Below are positions 15,804 to 23,222 of a stretch of 32,000 nucleotides of DNA, piece by piece (position 1 is the stretch's first letter; the number at the start of each line of letters is the position of its first letter). The notes below the pieces were generated by a model. It did not search any database, had not been told where the DNA came from, and saw only the letters and a list, made by a program, of their open reading frames with translations. This DNA comes from Nitrososphaera viennensis EN76 (GTDB taxonomy: Archaea > Thermoproteota > Nitrososphaeria > Nitrososphaerales > Nitrososphaeraceae): contig NZ_CP007536.1 of assembly GCF_000698785.1 (NCBI RefSeq), positions 660,001-692,000 of the forward strand. The letters are read 5' to 3'. A program made the position numbers and the translations under genes.

Positions 15804-17469
15804 AGCTGTTGTCCTTCTTGTCAAGGAGCGGGGGCTGGATGTGGCGCAGGCCTTCAAGGACCACCTCGGTGACTGCGGCGGTAAACTCGCCGTTGAGGTC
15901 TTGTATAGCTATGCTGTCAGTCCTGATGCCAAGCTGCTTTGCTTGCTCGGCAAGCTGCTTTTGCTCGTCTTTTATTGCAGACAGGGTCTCTGCAACTGCC
16001 GCCTTGAGCGCAGGGAATTTTGTCAGCTGCGACTCGTAATCAGAGGTGTCGGCCTTTTTGCCGCCCGGCAGGACCTGCGACACCTGGAACGCCTTGTTCT
16101 TGGCAAACTCGTTTTTCATCTTGGCTATCTGCTCCGGCGATATCTTTTCCACGTATTCAAGCGACACTTCCTTCAGCGTGGCATCTATGACAGAGTCGAG
16201 AACGTTTCTGCGGTTTTCGCGCGTGTCCTCCATCTCTGCAAGCTCGAACTTGGACGACTGGTGGATGCAGTGTATGTCGCAAAAGCGCGGCACAGCCTTG
16301 ATGCCGTAGATGATAGAGCGCGTTCGCTCGGCTTCCCCTATCATCATCTCCATCGAGTGCACCGCCATCCTGACGCTGACTCCCTTGTCATGGTTGACGT
16401 CGTGGTGTGCGCGGGTTGCCTGCGTTATCTTGGCAATCGCCTTTACGATAAAGACAGGGAGAAAGACGTTCTTTGGATCCGCGACCCTTGTCTCCTGCGC
16501 AATAATCAACATCTCGTCGTTTACAGTCTTGGGGTAATGCGTGTCGACGTGGCTCTTGAGCCTGTCAAACAACGGCTCGATTATCTTGCCCGAGTGCGTA
16601 TAGTCAATCGGGTTTGCAGTTGCGATTATCTTGACGTCCGGCTTGAAGACTACAGGGTATGCGCCGGTGGTGAACCTGCCTTCCTGCAGCACGCTCAAAA
16701 GCGACACCTGTTTTCTCGGGTCAAGCACTGGAAGCTCGTCGATGCACAATATGCCGTGGCGGGCCTGCAGGAGCTGGCCTGCCGAATACGACTCCATGCT
16801 GTACAGCTCGACTCCCTTTTTCGCTATCTTTATCGCGTCTATCTGCCCCACAAGGTCCTTGACTGAAATGTCGGGCGTTGAAAGGATGTACTTGAACCTG
16901 TCAGCGCCGGAGAGCCAGTCGATCTTTGTCTCCAGCTTGTCCTGGCGGATAATGTCCTCGCACTCCCTTGACACCGTGAATTCCGGCACGGTCCTGACGA
17001 CTTCTTTATCTGCAAGCAGCGCGGCAAGGTGCTCCTCAGGCATCGAGGTCGGGATGTCGTTTGTGACGGTCCCGCGCACGACAGGGATCGGGGAGAGCAG
17101 GTTCCGGGCAATCGCCTCTGCTATCTTGGTCTTGGCCTGCCCGATCTGGCCCACGAGCAGCACGTCGTGGCCGGAGAGAATGGCGCGGTTTACCGCCGGC
17201 ACGACGTCGTCGTCATAGCCGATGATGCCAGGGTACGGGTGCTCGCCTGCCTTCAGCTTGGCGACGAGGTTGCCGCGCAGCTGTTCCTCCACAGTGACAT
17301 GCTTGTAGTTGACCTTCAAAAGGTCGCCAAGCGTCTTTAGCTGCTTGTAGTCTTCTGGCACGCCCGGCATGACCTCGGAGTACTTTGGCTTGGAAGTGTA
17401 AGAACGGTGGACTGTTTCTTCTATCTTGCTGATGCTCATATTAGTGAGACGAATTTTTTCGGCCCTCAC
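15787..17469 (-). CDS. ChlI/MoxR-class AAA+ ATPase (560 aa)
   Basis: Walker A LLVGQIGQAKT, Walker B GILCIDELPVLD, LLSVLQEGRF...IIATANP, LFDRL. About 120-aa insertion between Walker A and B and a long helical C-terminus. GTG 17469, with an alternative ATG at 17439. Confidence 0.75.
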   Translation of the reverse strand: MRAEKIRLTNMSISKIEETVHRSYTSKPKYSEVMPGVPEDYKQLKTLGDLLKVNYKHVTVEEQLRGNLVAKLKAGEHPYPGIIGYDDDVVPAVNRAILSGHDVLLVGQIGQAKTKIAEAIARNLLSPIPVVRGTVTNDIPTSMPEEHLAALLADKEVVRTVPEFTVSRECEDIIRQDKLETKIDWLSGADRFKYILSTPDISVKDLVGQIDAIKIAKKGVELYSMESYSAGQLLQARHGILCIDELPVLDPRKQVSLLSVLQEGRFTTGAYPVVFKPDVKIIATANPIDYTHSGKIIEPLFDRLKSHVDTHYPKTVNDEMLIIAQETRVADPKNVFLPVFIVKAIAKITQATRAHHDVNHDKGVSVRMAVHSMEMMIGEAERTRSIIYGIKAVPRFCDIHCIHQSSKFELAEMEDTRENRRNVLDSVIDATLKEVSLEYVEKISPEQIAKMKNEFAKNKAFQVSQVLPGGKKADTSDYESQLTKFPALKAAVAETLSAIKDEQKQLAEQAKQLGIRTDSIAIQDLNGEFTAAVTEVVLEGLRHIQPPLLDKKDNSYALAQ

Positions 17470-17497
17470 GCAAATTTAAAGATACTCGATCAATTAA

Positions 17498-17620
17498 TCA
17501 ATGATTTTCTATTGCAAGTTCCAGCTGGCGCAGGTATTCTTCATTTTCCAGATCTTCTGCGGTCTTGGCAGGTCCGGATACCAGTTTTGGAGCCAGCGGA
17601 GCCTCTTTCTTTGACGGCAT
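17498..17620 (-). CDS. Candidate 40-aa leader ORF (MPSKKEAPLAPKLVSGPAKTAEDLENEEYLRQLELAIENH)
   Basis: ATG 17620 has a TTTATAA box 28-34 nt upstream, which is leaderless-promoter geometry. The stop lies 28-58 nt before the AAA+ start. No homology evidence. Confidence 0.3.
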   Translation of the reverse strand: MPSKKEAPLAPKLVSGPAKTAEDLENEEYLRQLELAIENH

Positions 17621-17647
17621 TCTTCCCGTTTGTATTGTAATGTTCAG

Positions 17648-17654
17648 TTTATAA
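17648..17654 (-). promoter_or_regulatory. TATA-like box (TTTATAA) for the small ORF/AAA+/VWA unit
   Basis: Lies 28-34 nt upstream of ATG 17620 in an AT-rich divergent region shared with rps13. Confidence 0.35.
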
Positions 17655-17832
17655 CGATTTACCCGAATCAAACCGCGCAATAGAATAAAATATTTTTACA
17701 AAATAACCGCGTATCTTCAATAACAAGTGCTCATAGGCAGACGCAGCAGCTGTTTGTTGTAAATATTGCATGGTTTTTGCGCCTGCAAGCCTAGCATGGT
17801 TTTTATTGCCGAATATACGCCGTGAATATGAT

Positions 17833-18468
17833 TTGTCCGCTTCGGAGTACAAACACATACTCAGAATCGCCGGAAAGGACGTTGAGGGCAGCAAGAAATT
17901 GCTTGTCGCCATCAGCGAGATTAAAGGCGTAGGTTACAATTTTGCCCAGGTATTGACGCAGTCGTTGAACGTTAACCCGAACATGCGCGTCGGGTTCCTG
18001 ACAGACAAGGAGCTGCGCGAGATAGAGGAAGCGATCTCTAATCCGACCAAGTTCGGCGTGCCGGAATGGTACCTGAACCGCAAGAAGGACATGGACTCTG
18101 GCACGACGCACCACATGATTACATCTGATCTTGATTTTGCTATTGGCAACGACATTGACCGCGAAAAGACGGTCATGAGCTGGAGAGGCTACAGGCATAT
18201 GTTCGGCCTGAGGGTAAGAGGCCAGCGCACGAGGACAACAGGCAGGAAGGGCGGCGCAGTCGGAGTGAAAAAGACCAAGATGGTCCCAGGCGCGGCACCG
18301 GCTGCAGCTGGAGGAGCCGCACCGGCAGCTGGAGGGGCGGCAGCCAAGCCGGCAGCGGGCGCGGCACCGGCGGCAGCTGGAGCTGCAAAACCGGCGGCAG
18401 GAGGAGGAGCGGCAGCACCGGCAGCGGCCAAGCCGGCAGCGGGCGCAAAGGAGCCGGCGAAAAAGTAA
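17833..18468 (+). CDS. rps13: 30S ribosomal protein uS13 with a long Ala/Pro/Gly/Lys C-terminal tail
   Basis: EYKHILRIAGKDVEGSKKLLVAISEIKGVGYNFA and RGQRTRTTGRKG are typical of S13. In-frame TTG 17833 fits the usual N-terminus. The ORF is open from 17770. Confidence 0.85.
   Translation: MSASEYKHILRIAGKDVEGSKKLLVAISEIKGVGYNFAQVLTQSLNVNPNMRVGFLTDKELREIEEAISNPTKFGVPEWYLNRKKDMDSGTTHHMITSDLDFAIGNDIDREKTVMSWRGYRHMFGLRVRGQRTRTTGRKGGAVGVKKTKMVPGAAPAAAGGAAPAAGGAAAKPAAGAAPAAAGAAKPAAGGGAAAPAAAKPAAGAKEPAKK
18285..18465 (+). repeat. GC-rich coding low-complexity repeat (A/P/G/K tail of uS13)
   Basis: The exact 20-mer GCCAAGCCGGCAGCGGGCGC occurs at 18343-18362 and 18427-18446, 84 nt (28 codons) apart. 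Confidence 0.85.
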
Positions 18469-18480
18469 GAGGTGTCATGA

Positions 18481-19008
18481 ATGGGAGATCCTCGAAAGCA
18501 AAAGAAACTGTTCCACCGCCCAAGGAGAATATGGACCACAGACCAGCTTAACGCTGAACTTTACATCATGGGTTCTTACGGCCTGAGAAACAAGCGCGAG
18601 CTCTGGAAGGCCCAGACAGAGATGGCAAGGGTCAGGAACCAGGCACGCGCGCTGCTTGCACTCTCGACAGAGGCCAGGTCAGAGAAGGAAAAGAGGCTTC
18701 TCAACTTTTTGTCAAGGATCGGCCTTGTAAAGGAGGGCGCGACGCTTGATGACATTCTCGGCCTGAAGGTGGAGGACCTGCTTGAGCGCAGGCTCCAGAC
18801 AATCGTCATGAAGAGGATGGGCACAAAGTCTGCGTCGCAAGCGCGCCAGATAGTGAGCCACGGCCACGTCTCGATAGGCAACAGGAAGATCAACAGGCCA
18901 GGCTACATCGTCAAGACGGACGAGGAGGCCAAGATACTCCTCCACGTCGAGATTCCAGCTGCAGCGCCGGCGACAGGCGAGGGTGGCGGCGCGGCACCGG
19001 CTTCCTAG
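18481..19008 (+). CDS. rps4: 30S ribosomal protein uS4
   Basis: MGDPRKQKKLFHRPRRIW, YGLRNKRELWK, S4 domain LERRLQTIV...ARQIVSHGHVSIGNRKINRPGY. Confidence 0.9.
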   Translation: MGDPRKQKKLFHRPRRIWTTDQLNAELYIMGSYGLRNKRELWKAQTEMARVRNQARALLALSTEARSEKEKRLLNFLSRIGLVKEGATLDDILGLKVEDLLERRLQTIVMKRMGTKSASQARQIVSHGHVSIGNRKINRPGYIVKTDEEAKILLHVEIPAAAPATGEGGGAAPAS

Positions 19009-19970
19009 CTGTTGCTCACGACATCCACGTGGTCTATTTTCCCGTCGGCGTCCATGTCAAAGCCCTGCACGACCAGGGCCCAGTTTTCTTCTTTGCCCTT
19101 GTATCTTTTCAATATCTCTTCGCCGTAGTTTGTCAGCGCAATGACCGCGGATTTCGTGCCGGCGGACCTGACGCCTGCAACCACTATCACGCTTGACTTG
19201 CCGCCATCGTAGGGGTTCTTTATCTTGGCAATAAGGCCGTGGTTGTCCTGGCTGTACCGCCTGCCCGCGCCGTCGACAAGGCCCGACCAGAAATTCCCCT
19301 CGTCAAAGCGTATAGGCAGATGGCGGTTGAACTCGGCAGTCACGATGTTTGTGCCCGGCCCGCCTATCGACACGAGGTTGCTCCCGGAGAGGACCTTTTC
19401 CGCCTTTGCGTCGACGTCCAGTTTTACCGCAAATTCCGCGGGCATGACCCCCGATACCTTGCCGAGAAAGAACGCAAGGTGCACGGCATAGTGCCCGTCC
19501 CTCGCAGACGACTTGTACTGGCCGTGCGGCTCGGGCGCGCCGACCACGATGAGGCCGTCAAAGACGCCGTCGCGGACAAACCCTTCAAAGAACCGGAGAG
19601 CGCCCCTGTTGCGGCCCGCGCCGGGCGCTTCCACCGCTGTCTCGCCCCAGTCAAGCTCTATCCCAAACGCAGGGCTGGACGCCTGGTACAGCCGCGCCGT
19701 CCCGCCCCTGACAAGGTTGCTTCCCGCCTCCTCCACCGCGCCGGCGCGCAAGAGGCGCCGGATATAATAATAAGCGCTCTGCTCGTGTATGCGCAGCTCC
19801 TTTGCCACCTGCGCAGGGTACATCGGCTCCTTTGACAAGAGCTCCATCATGCGCCATGCCACGGGGTTTGAAAGGATGCGCATCTGCGCCACATCCCTGA
19901 ACACGGTTATCTTCTTTGCCGACGCCTGACCGTCATAGTCCGAAACCGAAACGAGCGACTTGCGTGCCAA
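19005..19970 (-). CDS. ArsR-type winged-HTH protein fused to an uncharacterised alpha/beta C-terminal domain
   Basis: SNPVAWRMMELLSKEPMYPAQVAKELRIHEQSAYYYIRRLLRAGAV is a wHTH. The C-terminal NLVSIGGPGTNIVTAEF...SVIVVAGVRSAGT resembles archaeal S-layer-type domains. TTG start. Overlaps the rps4 stop by 4 nt. Confidence 0.7.
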   Translation of the reverse strand: MARKSLVSVSDYDGQASAKKITVFRDVAQMRILSNPVAWRMMELLSKEPMYPAQVAKELRIHEQSAYYYIRRLLRAGAVEEAGSNLVRGGTARLYQASSPAFGIELDWGETAVEAPGAGRNRGALRFFEGFVRDGVFDGLIVVGAPEPHGQYKSSARDGHYAVHLAFFLGKVSGVMPAEFAVKLDVDAKAEKVLSGSNLVSIGGPGTNIVTAEFNRHLPIRFDEGNFWSGLVDGAGRRYSQDNHGLIAKIKNPYDGGKSSVIVVAGVRSAGTKSAVIALTNYGEEILKRYKGKEENWALVVQGFDMDADGKIDHVDVVSNS

Positions 19971-19992
19971 TGTCTTCTAATCCTGTCCAGAG

Positions 19993-20000
19993 TTATATAA
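19993..20000 (-). promoter_or_regulatory. TATA-like box (TTATATAA) for the wHTH gene
   Basis: Lies 23-30 nt upstream of TTG 19970. Confidence 0.35.
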
Positions 20001-20003
20001 TCA

Positions 20004-20029
20004 TTTATAGCGGTATAAACTCTTATTGG
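20004..20029 (+). repeat. Direct repeat copy 1 (TTTATAGCGGT-AT-AAACTCT-TATT)
   Basis: Shares an exact 11-mer and a downstream ARACTCT block with copy 2. Abuts the wHTH-gene TATA box. Confidence 0.6.
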
Positions 20030-20069
20030 CAAATAAAGGCTATTTTGCGCATAGACGATTATAACATTT

Positions 20070-20095
20070 TTTATAGCGGTTAGAGACTCTATTCA
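20070..20095 (+). repeat. Direct repeat copy 2 (TTTATAGCGGT-TAG-AGACTCT-ATT)
   Basis: 66 nt from copy 1. Ends 6 nt before the TTTTAAG box at 20102-20108, which lies 23-29 nt upstream of the glmS GTG. Confidence 0.6.
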
Positions 20096-20130
20096 TAAGC
20101 GTTTTAAGCTCCAGCTTGAAATAATCTCCC

Positions 20131-21897
20131 GTGTGTTCAATAATTGGCTACAAGGGCAAGCAGTCCGCGGCGCCCATACTGGTTGACAGCCTGAAGAGGA
20201 TGGAATACAGAGGCTACGACAGCGTCGGGGTAGCCACGTTCAAGGACGGCGACATCCTGGTGAAAAAGGGCACCGGCAAGGTTGCAGAAGTCAGCAAGAA
20301 CCTCAACATTGGCGCCATGTCCGGCATGATAGGAATAGGCCACACCAGATGGGCCACGCACGGTGGCGTGACTGACAGCAACGCGCACCCGCATTCGGCC
20401 TGCAAGAACAACATTGCAGTCGTCCACAACGGCATCATCGAGAACTACAAGGAACTAAAGGAGGAACTCATCAAGGCAGGGCACGTCTTTTCAAGCGAGA
20501 CGGACAGCGAAGTCATCGCCCACCTGCTCGAGGTCCACGCCGACAAGGGCATCAAGGGATCGCTTGCGGCGACATGCAAGAGGCTCATGGGCACGTTTGC
20601 CTTTGTCGCTGTCTTTCAGGACGGCACGATTGCGGGCGCAAGGTACGAGGAGCCACTCATCATCGGCGTGGCAAACGACGGCTATTTCATCTCGTCAGAC
20701 GTGCTTGGCTTTTTGCAGTACACGGACAAGGCGATATTCCTTGACAACTATGACATTGCGCTCATCGATGGCAGCAAGATGGAGATTTTCAACTTTGACG
20801 GAAACCCCGTCGCGCACCCGATAACACAGGTCGCGTGGGAGCTTGGAGAGGTCGACAAGGGCAAGTACGCGCACTATACGCTAAAGGAGATAAACGACCA
20901 GCGCCTCACGGTCGCAAACGCGGCAAGGCAGGACGAGGCCATGATGGAAAAGTTCTGCAAGGTCCTGTCAGAAGCACAGAGCGTCTACATCACGGGAAGC
21001 GGCACCAGCTACCATTCTGCACTGATAATGAAGCACATGCTTGCCCGCTACGCCAAGATACGTGCCGAGACTGTCATGTCAAGCGAGGCGCAGGACGGGC
21101 TTGTGGGCCTCGACGAAGGCTCTGCGCTGGTGGCGTTTTCGCAGAGCGGCGAGACCGCAGACGTCCTTGAATCGGTCAAGATCGCCAAAAAGCAGGGCGC
21201 AAGGATACTTGGGATTGTAAACGTCACCACGTCGTCACTTGCAAGGGCAAGCGACGCGTTCCTGTCTGTCAACTGCGGGCCGGAGATCGGAGTCGCGGCG
21301 ACAAAGAGCTTTACCGGCCAGCTGGCGCTTGTCTACAACATCGTGGCAAGGCTGTCTCCTGCAGGCGCATTTGTCGCAGGCGAAAAGGCCGAGTTTGTCA
21401 AGGCTGTCGACAAGGTCATCGCGACAAGCCAATCCGCCATCGAAAAGATGGCCGGCAAGATGGAGCAGGTAAACGACATCTACCTCCTTGGCAGGTCCAC
21501 CCACTACCCAATTGCGCTTGAAGGCGCGCTAAAGCTGAAAGAGCTTGCGTACGTGCACGCAGAGGGCGTGGCGGCCGGCGAGCTAAAGCACGGGCCGCTT
21601 GCGCTTATGGAGAAAAACACGCTCGTGATACTCCTCAATCCCAGAGATGCCACCTACAACGATTCGCTCTCCAACGCCCACGAGATAAAGGCAAGGGGTG
21701 CAAGCGTCATCGGGATATCGGATGCGGGGAGCGAGGTCTATGATCACTGGATCGAGATACCGCACATGGCAGAGGAGGCGTTCTACCCGATTGTCGAAGT
21801 AATTCCTTTGCAGATGCTTGCGTACTATCTTGCGCTTGCCAAGAACGCCGATCCGGATTACCCGAGAAACCTGGCCAAGTCAGTGACGGTAAAGTAG
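20131..21897 (+). CDS. glmS: Glutamine--fructose-6-phosphate aminotransferase
   Basis: GTG start followed by catalytic Cys2 (CSIIGY), HTRWATHG, two SIS domains (GSGTSYH, SQSGETADV), C-terminal LAKSVTVK. Confidence 0.92.
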   Translation: MCSIIGYKGKQSAAPILVDSLKRMEYRGYDSVGVATFKDGDILVKKGTGKVAEVSKNLNIGAMSGMIGIGHTRWATHGGVTDSNAHPHSACKNNIAVVHNGIIENYKELKEELIKAGHVFSSETDSEVIAHLLEVHADKGIKGSLAATCKRLMGTFAFVAVFQDGTIAGARYEEPLIIGVANDGYFISSDVLGFLQYTDKAIFLDNYDIALIDGSKMEIFNFDGNPVAHPITQVAWELGEVDKGKYAHYTLKEINDQRLTVANAARQDEAMMEKFCKVLSEAQSVYITGSGTSYHSALIMKHMLARYAKIRAETVMSSEAQDGLVGLDEGSALVAFSQSGETADVLESVKIAKKQGARILGIVNVTTSSLARASDAFLSVNCGPEIGVAATKSFTGQLALVYNIVARLSPAGAFVAGEKAEFVKAVDKVIATSQSAIEKMAGKMEQVNDIYLLGRSTHYPIALEGALKLKELAYVHAEGVAAGELKHGPLALMEKNTLVILLNPRDATYNDSLSNAHEIKARGASVIGISDAGSEVYDHWIEIPHMAEEAFYPIVEVIPLQMLAYYLALAKNADPDYPRNLAKSVTVK

Positions 21898-21901
21898 TAA
21901 A

Positions 21902-21908
21902 TTTTTTT
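21902..21908 (+). terminator. Oligo-T tract (T7) directly after the glmS stop
   Basis: The sequence tag-taa-attttttt. Archaeal termination commonly uses oligo-T. Confidence 0.4.
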
Positions 21909-21919
21909 AAAATAATAAT

Positions 21920-21953
21920 AGAAAAAGAAAGGAAAAAGGAAAGGAAGAGGAGG
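21920..21953. repeat. 34-nt pure polypurine/polypyrimidine tract
   Basis: agaaaaagaaaggaaaaaggaaaggaagaggagg lies between the convergent glmS and cdvB-like genes. On the minus strand it supplies T-rich runs after the cdvB-like stop. Confidence 0.85.
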
Positions 21954-21965
21954 CTCTCTCGCTTT

Positions 21966-22616
21966 TTACTGCGAGTTTCCGCCTGCGTACGACCTTGATG
22001 CGCCAGAGCCCACCGGGACGTCGGGGAAGCTCTCGGTCATCCTCTGCTCTGCGACCGCGCCGGCCTCTGCAAGGATCCTGTCGACCTCTTCGCCTGATGC
22101 GTCGAAGGCAAAAGAGGTGTTGCCCATGCTTCCAGCGTTCATCATGATGTCGCTGAACACGCCGTTTATCTCGCCCAGTTCCCTGTCGACTTCGGGCATC
22201 ACGCCTGCAAGGCCTGACCTCACTCTCGTGAGAGCACCCATTGCCGGGCCGATTGCCACCATCACGTCGCCAAGGTCGATGGTCGTCTCGAGGCGCATCT
22301 GTATCTGCTCAAGTGCCATCTTGAGCTGCGAGATCATCTTTATTGTCTTTCTCACCTGCGCAATCTCGTTTGAGACCATCTTGCCTGCCTGCGTGTCGTG
22401 CCTCTGGAGCGCGGAAACTACCTGGTTGAACAAGGTCTTTTCCTTGCCCTTGAGTTTCTCAAGAATAGTATCCAGTTTCTGGTTTTGTGCCTGGATCTTG
22501 TTCTTTGCGAACTCGATCCTCGGTTTCAGTGGTTGTTGAGGTCCGAGACCTTCCTTTATCTTCTCGGACATAGTCGATTTATTGTCCTTGACCCAGTTAT
22601 TGCTGAAGCTCGTCAT
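21966..22616 (-). CDS. ESCRT-III/Snf7-family protein (CdvB paralogue, no C-terminal winged helix)
   Basis: 216 aa with Snf7-like helical-hairpin heptad pattern (KNKIQAQNQKLDTILEKLKGKEKTLFNQVV...EIAQVRKTIKMISQLKMALEQIQMRLET). Short acidic/Pro tail FPDVPVG. Confidence 0.65.
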   Translation of the reverse strand: MTSFSNNWVKDNKSTMSEKIKEGLGPQQPLKPRIEFAKNKIQAQNQKLDTILEKLKGKEKTLFNQVVSALQRHDTQAGKMVSNEIAQVRKTIKMISQLKMALEQIQMRLETTIDLGDVMVAIGPAMGALTRVRSGLAGVMPEVDRELGEINGVFSDIMMNAGSMGNTSFAFDASGEEVDRILAEAGAVAEQRMTESFPDVPVGSGASRSYAGGNSQ

Positions 22617-22766
22617 GTCTGCTAGCCTTGGAAAACGACGTTAAATGGAAATGTCATAATTAGACAACCAAGTGGTAATATTTTGTAGACACGCGTGCGC
22701 AGGCAGCCGCACTGGAAAGCATAAACATTAAATCATCAAGATGCGACGCTGTTCACGTACATACAC

Positions 22767-23222
22767 ATGCCGAGAGCAAAAAAGACCGAGGCCCAGGAAG
22801 GCAAGGAAGAAGAGGGACTGCCAAAGTGGGCCGAGGACGAGATCAAGTCGGCGCAGTTTGGCAAGCCGGAAGTCATGACAAGGACAGGATACATCTTGGA
22901 GATATACGAGAAAGACCACAGGCTTGACATTCAGGTCTACGAGCCGATGCCAGACGGCAGGGTCATCATCGAGGGCATCAGCCTGCCAAAGGAGGTCAAG
23001 ATGAGCGACCTCATGAAAGGCTTTGTCTACGAGTTCAAGATAAACGTCTATGCTGCGCCCCTGAGCGACAAGGTCATCGAACTCTTGAAGACGAAATTCA
23101 GCCTTGAGATGAAGGCGATATTCAATTTCGAGATGAAGGAGCTTGCGCTCATGGACGTCGAGTCTGACATGCCTGCTCCCTCGCCATCATCCGGTGACGA
23201 TGGCGAGGGCGACGATGACTAG
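22767..23222 (+). CDS. Hypothetical protein with charged N-terminus and acidic tail (GDDGEGDDD)
   Basis: 151-aa ORF with good coding composition, divergent from the CdvB-like gene. No motif recognised. Confidence 0.55.
   Translation: MPRAKKTEAQEGKEEEGLPKWAEDEIKSAQFGKPEVMTRTGYILEIYEKDHRLDIQVYEPMPDGRVIIEGISLPKEVKMSDLMKGFVYEFKINVYAAPLSDKVIELLKTKFSLEMKAIFNFEMKELALMDVESDMPAPSPSSGDDGEGDDD

Noticed and set aside
15763-16866. 367-aa plus-strand ORF, the longest unexplained ORF in the track
   Set aside because: It lies entirely antisense to the AAA+ ATPase gene. Its L/R/V/C-rich composition is typical of the reverse frame of a GC-rich gene, and it has no motifs.
19971-20130. glmS ribozyme in the glmS 5' region
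   Set aside because: The promoter geometry points to a leaderless or very short-leader mRNA. The spacer is AT-rich with no ribozyme-like core, and the ribozyme is a bacterial element.
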